NCBI GenBank assembly: GCA_964565615.1
Contig: CAZMFO010000004.1
Span: 1-48,946, forward strand
DNA length: 48,946 bases
DNA from: an uncultured Candidatus Saccharibacteria bacterium
Lineage (GTDB): Bacteria > Patescibacteriota > Saccharimonadia > Saccharimonadales > JAGQNJ01
Direction of reading: 5' to 3'
In this document: positions 9,436 through 15,767 of the stretch, in pieces
How positions within the stretch are numbered: the first letter of the stretch is position 1
How the letters are laid out: each line of letters starts with the position of its first letter
Notes under the pieces: model-generated
The model's input: the letters and a program-made list of their open reading frames with translations, nothing else
Told to the model about the DNA's origin: nothing
Databases searched by the model: none
Program-made: the position numbers and the translations under genes

Positions 9436-9742
9436 TTACCACACGAACTCTTTAAAAAACGCTGATATTTTTATGGTTATGGGCTCAATTTATGCAGAGG
9501 TAGCACGATACGACTCGGCAATTGCATCTAATAAGATTGATCAAGCAAAACAGGCTATCGTTCGAACTAATGAACTTGTTAAGTATTCGCAAAAATTAAC
9601 ACAAATCAATAGGGCGCAAAAACTTGAGTTACAGAAGTTTTATGATGTCTTTTTACAGCGCACACAAAATTCTGAAATAAGTAATTTGGATGATTACTTA
9701 TTACCATTTGCTATGGCTTCACGCAGGAGGTCGGCAGTATGA
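9428..9742 (+). CDS. Helical hypothetical protein (DUF5674 partner)
   Basis: Overlaps the DUF5674 stop. All-helical pattern 'MGSIYAEVAR...RTNEL...YLLPFAMASR'. Confidence 0.65.
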   Translation: MSSYHTNSLKNADIFMVMGSIYAEVARYDSAIASNKIDQAKQAIVRTNELVKYSQKLTQINRAQKLELQKFYDVFLQRTQNSEISNLDDYLLPFAMASRRRSAV

Positions 9743-10167
9743 ATCTACAGACGGTTAGTGAGTTTTTAGATACCCAAGAAACATGCGTTCTATCGACTGT
9801 CAGCAGTGAAGGCTGGCCAATGTCGGCGACAGTTGGATTTTCTCATAATGATAAATTGACTATTTTAATAGGGACAAGCAACAAAAGCCGAAAATATCGG
9901 AACCTTTTAAACCACCAAAAGGTGTCAATCGTTATTGGTACAACTGCGCCGAGAACTGTGCAGTATCAGGGAGTTGCCAAAGAAGTTAATGCTGTTGATA
10001 TAGCCAAAAGATTGGCGTTACATTTTAATAAATTGCCCTCTGCCAAAACTTTTTATGATGACCCAGACCAGAGGTATTTTATAATCACTCCAATGTGGTT
10101 ACGGATGACTGATTATTCACAAAAACCGTCAATTTTTGAAACAGAGGAGTTTAATTATGAAAATTAG
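9739..10167 (+). CDS. Pyridoxamine 5'-phosphate oxidase-like FMN-binding protein
   Basis: 'VLSTVS.EGWPMSATV', 'T..KSRKYRNL..HQKVSIVIG' and 'VQYQG.A' split-barrel motifs. Confidence 0.8.
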   Translation: MNLQTVSEFLDTQETCVLSTVSSEGWPMSATVGFSHNDKLTILIGTSNKSRKYRNLLNHQKVSIVIGTTAPRTVQYQGVAKEVNAVDIAKRLALHFNKLPSAKTFYDDPDQRYFIITPMWLRMTDYSQKPSIFETEEFNYEN

Positions 10168-12652
10168 TGTTAACTGGATTAAAGAATTTACTGATATTAA
10201 GCTGTCTGTTGATGAATTAGTTGCAAGAATTGGGGCACAACTTGGCGAAGTTGAAGAAGTAGTTAGTCTTGGAGAGCGGTATCAAGGAATAATTGTTGCC
10301 AAAGTTATGTCCTGCGAAAAACACCCAAATGCCGATAAGTTAAGCGTCTGTTTGCTAGACGACGGCGGGGTAGCAAAAGGCGTAAAGAGAAATGCCAACG
10401 GCTGGGTGCAAGTTGTTTGTGGGGCGCCTAATGTTAGAAAGGGCATTACCGTCGCTTGGCTCCCACCAGGAGTAATTGTGCCTAGCTCGTTTGCTGGAGA
10501 GCAATTTAAGTTAGAGGCAAGAGAACTTCGGGGCGAATTAAGTAACGGTATGATCGCTAGTGGTCAAGAACTGGCTATAAATAACGATCATTCAGGTATT
10601 TTAGTACTAGACAAGCCGGCAAAACCCGGAGATCCGTTTGCCGAGGTGTATCAACTTAATGACTATATTATTGATGTAGAAAATAAGATGTTTACTCATC
10701 GTCCAGATTGTTTTGGTCAGCTTGGAGTGGCTCGTGAAGTTGCTGGGATTACAGGAGTTAGGTTTGTTAGCCCAGATTGGTACTTGAGTGAAATGGACAG
10801 CCTTCAAAACAAATCTACAAAAAAAATAGATATTCAGATAGAAAATCAGATACCAGAGCTTGTACCACGATTTATGGTATTGCCGATATCTGGGGTAAAG
10901 GTAGCACCAGCACCAATTATGGTTCAGAGTTTTTTAAGTCGAGTTGGAATTAATCCAATAAATAACATAGTTGATATTACCAATTTTGTGATGGCGCTTA
11001 CTGCTCAACCAATGCACGCTTATGATTACGATAAGCTGGTGTCTTTGGACAGCACTGCTACCTTTGTAATTAGAAAGCCAAAAAAGGGCGAGAGGATTGC
11101 CTTACTTAATGGTAAAACAGTAGAACCAGACAAGAACTCTATTATGATAGCTTGCAAGAAAGCTCCGCTTGGTATTGGGGGTGTAATGGGTGGTTCTTCT
11201 ACAGAGGTTGATTACCAGACAAAAAACATTGTGTTAGAGTGCGCCAGTTTTGATATGTATGCCATCAGGCGATCTAGTATGGCAAACGGATTGTTTACCG
11301 ATGCAGTTACCAGATTTAGTAAGGGTCAGAGCCAAAGGCAAAATGATCGGATTATGGCTTATGCTTCGGCGTGGGTAAAAAAGTTAGCTGGCGGAGAAGT
11401 AGCCGGTGGCTTGCAAGACACGATAGAAGATATTGGCAAAATAAAGCCAGTGGTGGTTTCTGCAGAATTTATCAATCAAAGACTGGGAGCTAACCTGACT
11501 ATAAAACAGATAACCAAGATATTAAATAATGTTGAATTTTTGGTGGAAGAAAAGAAAGATGAACTGTATATTACAGTACCGTTTTGGCGGACAGATGTAG
11601 AGATTGCCGAAGATGTGGTTGAAGAGGTTGGGCGACTGTATGGTTATGACAATTTACCAATCAGTTTGCCAAATCGAAACTTAAAACCCGCTAGTTATAA
11701 TTCAATTTTGGGAACCAAATCAAAGGCTAGGAGTGTCTTGTCTTCTGCAGGAGCTAACGAGGTGCTGACTTATAGCTTTGTTCACGGTAGGTTGCTAGAA
11801 GCCGTTGGGCAAGATAAAGAACTGGCTTATCAAATAAATAATGCCTTGAGTCCTCAACTTCAATACTATCGGTTAAGTTTGCTCCCCAGTTTGCTTGAAA
11901 AGGTACACTTAAACATTAAGACGGGCTATGGACAGTTTGCTATTTACGAAGTTAATAAAACTCACGATAAATCAAACACTCACGAAGACGGTCTGCCGAT
12001 AGAAGAAGAGCGCTTAGCGTTAGTATTTACAGCTGACGACAAGACCGCAACAGTCTATAATGGGAGTGCCTTTTATCAGGCAAAGCTATACCTAGAGACC
12101 TTGCTTGAGGGCTTTGGTTTAAAAAAGCTTGTCTTTCAGCCGGCCACCTCGCACTCGCCTAAAACAGATACCGGCAAGCAATGTTTAGCACCTTTTGAAG
12201 TATCACGAAGTGCATATTGTAAGACTAGTGATGGGGTGTTGCTTGGGATTGTCGGAGAGGTTAATGCTCAAGCAAAAACTAGCTTAAAGTTACCAAGCTA
12301 TACTGCAGGGTTTGAGTTAAATCTGGGGATGATTGACTCGTATAAGAGCAGTAAAGAGTACCTTCCTCTGGCACGGTTTCCGGATACATCTCAAGACTTA
12401 ACAGTAACAATAGATCGATCAACTTCGCTAGCCGAGCTTGAGCAAGCTATTCACAGATCTCTAACAAAACAATCAACAGAATATGGTTATGTGTGGCGAT
12501 GTAGTGTTATTGATATTTATCAAAAAGAGTCTTCGTCCAGTAAAAATATAACTTTTAAAATTACTTTATCTCACCCAGAGCGGACACTGGTTACAGAAGA
12601 AGTCAATAAGCTAATAGAAGTTATTGCTAAGGCGGGCATACAACCTAAATAG
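10157..12652 (+). CDS. pheT: Phenylalanine--tRNA ligase beta subunit
   Basis: HPNADKL, VVCGAPN, HRPDCFG..GVARE, NNIVDITN, VPFWRTDV....DVVEEVGRLYGY and RFP...QDL motifs. SD (gaggag) precedes ATG 10157. Confidence 0.97.
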   Translation: MKISVNWIKEFTDIKLSVDELVARIGAQLGEVEEVVSLGERYQGIIVAKVMSCEKHPNADKLSVCLLDDGGVAKGVKRNANGWVQVVCGAPNVRKGITVAWLPPGVIVPSSFAGEQFKLEARELRGELSNGMIASGQELAINNDHSGILVLDKPAKPGDPFAEVYQLNDYIIDVENKMFTHRPDCFGQLGVAREVAGITGVRFVSPDWYLSEMDSLQNKSTKKIDIQIENQIPELVPRFMVLPISGVKVAPAPIMVQSFLSRVGINPINNIVDITNFVMALTAQPMHAYDYDKLVSLDSTATFVIRKPKKGERIALLNGKTVEPDKNSIMIACKKAPLGIGGVMGGSSTEVDYQTKNIVLECASFDMYAIRRSSMANGLFTDAVTRFSKGQSQRQNDRIMAYASAWVKKLAGGEVAGGLQDTIEDIGKIKPVVVSAEFINQRLGANLTIKQITKILNNVEFLVEEKKDELYITVPFWRTDVEIAEDVVEEVGRLYGYDNLPISLPNRNLKPASYNSILGTKSKARSVLSSAGANEVLTYSFVHGRLLEAVGQDKELAYQINNALSPQLQYYRLSLLPSLLEKVHLNIKTGYGQFAIYEVNKTHDKSNTHEDGLPIEEERLALVFTADDKTATVYNGSAFYQAKLYLETLLEGFGLKKLVFQPATSHSPKTDTGKQCLAPFEVSRSAYCKTSDGVLLGIVGEVNAQAKTSLKLPSYTAGFELNLGMIDSYKSSKEYLPLARFPDTSQDLTVTIDRSTSLAELEQAIHRSLTKQSTEYGYVWRCSVIDIYQKESSSSKNITFKITLSHPERTLVTEEVNKLIEVIAKAGIQPK

Positions 12653-12695
12653 TTATAATTATTACAAGCATCAAAAAGCCTAGTAAGTTAGTCAT

Positions 12696-12725
12696 TTGAC
12701 AGGCAAATTACTCCTGTGCTAACAT
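12696..12725 (+). promoter_or_regulatory. Sigma70-type promoter of the phage-tail-like cassette
   Basis: TTGACA (12696-12701), 18-nt spacer ending in TGC, then TAACAT (12720-12725). Confidence 0.55.
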
Positions 12726-12776
12726 AAAGCTAATACTTATTTAGATAGCAGGGGTACATAATAAACTAATACATCT

Positions 12777-13337
12777 ATGGCTAGACTACCAATACCGGGA
12801 CAAGACGGAGGAGTATGGGGCAACATTCTTAATGAATATCTATCTGTATCTCACGAATCAGATGGCACTATTAAACCAAGTGCTATACCACCATCTTCCG
12901 GAGCTACAGGCGCCACAGGAGTTCAAGGAGCTACAGGTGCACAAGGCCCAGCTGGCCCTCAAGGAGCAACCGGAAGCTTAGGAGTAACGGGCGCAACAGG
13001 TGCAACCGGCATTGCTGGCCCCCAAGGAGCAACAGGAGTACAGGGCGCTACCGGTTCTGGATCTACTGGAGCTACAGGAGTTCAAGGCTCAACCGGAGTA
13101 CAGGGCGCAACCGGCCCTCAAGGCGCTACCGGCCCGGGAGTAATCTCTGGTGGTACTACTGGTCAAGTATTAGCTAAGGCTTCAAACCTAGATAACGATA
13201 CGGTATGGACAACCGTTCCTAGCAATCCGGTAACATCAGTCAACGGCAAAACTGGCCCAACTGTTGTACTGACCGCACCCGATGTAGGAGCCCAACCCGC
13301 AGGTTATTCAAGATCATTTTTATTAGGAGGTATGTAG
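12777..13337 (+). CDS. Collagen-like fibre protein with phage tail-fibre-type motifs
   Basis: 17+9 Gly-X-Y triplets, then '[17 protein letters not shown]' and '[19 protein letters not shown]' motifs that I recognise from phage tail fibres. Confidence 0.75.
   Translation: MARLPIPGQDGGVWGNILNEYLSVSHESDGTIKPSAIPPSSGATGATGVQGATGAQGPAGPQGATGSLGVTGATGATGIAGPQGATGVQGATGSGSTGATGVQGSTGVQGATGPQGATGPGVISGGTTGQVLAKASNLDNDTVWTTVPSNPVTSVNGKTGPTVVLTAPDVGAQPAGYSRSFLLGGM
12900..13139 (+). repeat. Collagen-like Gly-X-Y repeat (GAT/GVQ/GPQ-rich)
   Basis: Residues 42-121: 17 triplets, a GS interruption, then 9 triplets. Confidence 0.95.
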
Positions 13338-13338
13338 T

Positions 13339-13668
13339 ATGGCAACAACCGTAAAAGTATTAGGGCAATCAGCTCCGTCAGCAAACACAGACACCACTCT
13401 GTATACAGTACCGGCATCTACTTCAACAATTGCCAGTTCGGTAATTGTATCTAACAGAGGAGCTACTAGTGCTACATTTAGAGTAGCTGTTCGCGTTGGG
13501 GGTGCCCCTTTAGCGAACCAGCATTACATCTTTTATGACATAGCCATTCCTGCTAAAGATTCTTTTGTCGCCACAATTGGAGGAACCTTCTCGGCTGGCG
13601 ATGTCATTACCGTTAGAGCATCAACAGCAGACCTTTCGTTTAATCTATTTGGGGAAGAAACTGCGTGA
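13339..13668 (+). CDS. Phage-type small beta-rich protein
   Basis: SD aggagg. 'MATTVKVLGQSAPSA.TDTTLYTVPAST.TI.SS..VSNRG..ATFRVAVR...YDI.IPA.DS...G.T..AGDVITVRAS...SFNLFGEE' resembles a small protein family I recall from tailed-phage structural regions. Confidence 0.7.
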   Translation: MATTVKVLGQSAPSANTDTTLYTVPASTSTIASSVIVSNRGATSATFRVAVRVGGAPLANQHYIFYDIAIPAKDSFVATIGGTFSAGDVITVRASTADLSFNLFGEETA

Positions 13669-14966
13669 GCATAAGGTGGGCATCAGATACGCCACAAAGC
13701 ACTCGGCTTGTTGGGCAACCTCAAAGTAGTACTAATGATGACTCTTGGGTAAGACCAGCCGATTGGCTTACATTACCAACTGTTAACATAGGTGACGAAA
13801 AGGTGGTGCTGCTGGTCGCTGTGTGGGACCTGTCGCACAACTGGTTGGCGTTCGCCTGTACGGGCGCTTACACGGTGGATTGGGGGGACGGTTCCGCACC
13901 GGCGAACGTCGCGTCGGGTGTGAAGGCGTCACATGATTTCGCGTGGGCTGATATCGATTCGGGCACTTTGAGTGTGCATGGGTATCGGCAGGCGATCGTG
14001 ACGATCACCCCGCAAGCCGGGCAGCATCTGACGTCGTTGTCGTTCTCTCAGCCGCATGTGGGTGCCGGGGGTGGGGTGTCGAACGGGACGTTGGAAGCCG
14101 TGTTGGCGGTCCCGTATGCGACATCGTTCACGTTCTACAACAGTGCCACGGTGGCGATGGACAACCGCTATTTGGAGCATGTGTCGATCGTGGACGCACC
14201 GTCGCTGATAACGGCGTACCAGATGTTCGCGGGCATGAATGCATTGCAGAAGGTGGATGCACCGGATGCGACAGGCGCATGGACCAGCACAATCACCAAC
14301 TTCTCCCAGATGTTCAGCAACTGTTCTTCCCTGCGTGAGGCCCCGTTGTTGAACACGTCCGCGGGAACCACCTTCTCCCAGATGTTCCGCAACTGTTATT
14401 CGTTGCGTGAGGTTCCGGCGTTGAACACCACAGCGGGAACCAACTTCTCCGGCATGTTCAACAGCTGTTCTTCCCTACGTGAGGTCCCGTTGTTGAACAC
14501 CGCCGCAGGAACCAACTTCTCCGAAATGTTCCGCAGCTGTTATTCCCTGCGCGAGGTTCCGGCGTTGATCACCGCTGCGGGAACCAACTTCGTCAACATG
14601 TTCAGCGGCTGTTCTTCTCTGCGTGAGGTCCCGGCGTTTAACACGTCCGCGGGAACCAACTTCTCCGGCATGTTCTACGCCTGTTCTTCCCTGCGCGAGG
14701 TCCCGTTGTTGAACACCGCAGCGGGAACCAGCTTCTCCCAGATGTTCGGCAATTGCAACAGTTTGCATTCTGCGCCGCTCGCAGGCACCCGATACAGCAT
14801 CAACTACACCAACTGCTACCTCGACGCCGCCGACCTCGACGCCATCTACACAGCGTTGGGCACCGCAGCCGGAGCACAAACAATCACCGTCACAGGCAAC
14901 CCCGGTATCGGCAGCGACGACCCGTCAATAGCGACCGCCAAAGGCTGGACCGTAACCGGCTCGTAA
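13665..14966 (+). CDS. BspA/DUF285-like leucine-rich-repeat protein, phage-tail-associated type
   Basis: N-terminal WVRPADWLTLP, PKD-like 'YTVDWGDG', 24-aa repeats (MF.xCxSLREVP..NT.AGTNF), C-terminal 'TITVTGNPG...DPSIATAKGWTVTG'. GTGA overlap with the upstream gene. Confidence 0.8.
   Translation: MSIRWASDTPQSTRLVGQPQSSTNDDSWVRPADWLTLPTVNIGDEKVVLLVAVWDLSHNWLAFACTGAYTVDWGDGSAPANVASGVKASHDFAWADIDSGTLSVHGYRQAIVTITPQAGQHLTSLSFSQPHVGAGGGVSNGTLEAVLAVPYATSFTFYNSATVAMDNRYLEHVSIVDAPSLITAYQMFAGMNALQKVDAPDATGAWTSTITNFSQMFSNCSSLREAPLLNTSAGTTFSQMFRNCYSLREVPALNTTAGTNFSGMFNSCSSLREVPLLNTAAGTNFSEMFRSCYSLREVPALITAAGTNFVNMFSGCSSLREVPAFNTSAGTNFSGMFYACSSLREVPLLNTAAGTSFSQMFGNCNSLHSAPLAGTRYSINYTNCYLDAADLDAIYTALGTAAGAQTITVTGNPGIGSDDPSIATAKGWTVTGS
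14301..14762 (+). repeat. 72-bp (24-aa) tandem repeat, 6 full copies plus 1 partial
   Basis: Units start at 14301, 14373, 14445, 14517, 14589, 14661 and 14733 (exact 72-bp period). Confidence 0.97.
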
Positions 14967-14996
14967 CAGCGAATTAGTTTAGTACAATACAGGCTA

Positions 14997-15024
14997 TTGA
15001 CATTATAAAAAAAGTTCTTATAAT
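14997..15024 (+). promoter_or_regulatory. Consensus sigma70 promoter with no downstream CDS
   Basis: Exact TTGACA (14997-15002), 16-nt spacer, exact TATAAT (15019-15024). Predicted +1 near 15031. Confidence 0.8.
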
Positions 15025-15030
15025 CAGATT

Positions 15031-15556
15031 AGTTTGGTAGAGTCTTAATTTAGATTCCTAAACTGTACATTGACAGATGTAAGATACACATTAGGCAATG
15101 ACTACAGGTATTACAAATGTAATGATTGTAGCCATTGTCTAATAATTTTAGCTATAGATCTAAAGTCTGGAGATTCTGTAGTTCCACCGCTACAGAAAAC
15201 ATACGGAACCGCTCCTCCGTATGTCTCCAGCGCAAGTTGGGTGTCTGCCGTTTTTGGCAGAACCGCCTCCCCGCCAGCGGTTGTGGGAATCACGCACCCA
15301 ACTTGCAAGTTCTGGAACCCCATCAAGAGAGTCAACCAAATAGGTTGAGCCATTTAGGTAGGTTCCAAATAGATCGTGGGCCCCACGGCTACTGGTTCGC
15401 CAGTTCCGCCTTCCACCCATAAGCCGTGGGGTCCACATAGGCGTAAATTGCGCTAAAATGCAAAAATTTGTTGAGAGGCGTTTTTTAAGTTGAGGACTTC
15501 TTGTTCTCCTTTTCGCTACTCCAAATTACTATCTTACATCTGTCATCTTTTTCTTT
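15031..15556 (+). ncRNA. Candidate large structured non-coding RNA (about 525 nt), family not recognised
   Basis: Promoter directly upstream. 5' hairpin starts at the predicted +1. Perfect 16-bp closing helix 15071-15086/15530-15545, more than 12 nested helices, UUCG tetraloop, G-U pairs favouring the + strand, GC about 60% in the core versus about 23% in the flank, U-tract 15546-15556. Confidence 0.8.
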
Positions 15557-15767
15557 AGTTTGATATTAGCTCACGAATTGTCGTGGTTTAATATAAAACT
15601 ATTGTTCTTAGCAAGATGAGAAAATAACCAGATTGTCTTTACCAAAGAGGTCTTACGATTTGTGGTTGTTTTGGTGGATCACTAGCCTTCTAAAAAACAT
15701 CAAAAACAATCGGCTCTTGGCTACCCGACTTTTTGTTTGATTAAAGAGGGTGTAAACTATTGTTAAA

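Noticed and set aside
14301-14762. CRISPR array
   Set aside because: The repeats are contiguous 72-bp in-frame coding units without unique spacers, and there are no cas genes.
13929-14977. Antisense and alternate-frame ORFs over the LRR gene
   Set aside because: Shadow ORFs caused by high GC and the repeat structure.
15070-15438. Four short ORFs in the ORF track over the structured region
   Set aside because: Mutually overlapping on both strands, no SD or leaderless promoter spacing, no recognisable motifs. Best explained by locally high GC reducing stop codons.
15071-15545. MITE or transposon end, given the 16-bp terminal inverted repeat (TG...CA)
   Set aside because: No target-site duplication in the flanks and no second copy or transposase in the window. 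The interior is a nested RNA-like fold with its own promoter and U-tract. A genome-wide copy search would settle it.
15031-15556. RNase P, tmRNA, SRP or 6S identity for the structured region
   Set aside because: No GAGGAAAGUCC / ACAGAA..GGCUUA P4 pair with the bulged U on either strand (AAAGTCTGG at 15162 has no matching partner). No tRNA-like ends or CCA. No SRP helix-8 motif. Too long and too branched for 6S.
15031-15556. Retron msr/msd, group I/II intron, or DGR template RNA
   Set aside because: No reverse transcriptase in the window, the element does not interrupt a gene, no domain V or P7 pairing was found, and it has no sequence similarity to the LRR repeats.
12669-15706. att-like direct repeat catcaaaaa (12669-12677 and 15698-15706) flanking the island
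   Set aside because: Only 9 bp and A-rich, so expected by chance. No integrase or tRNA target nearby.
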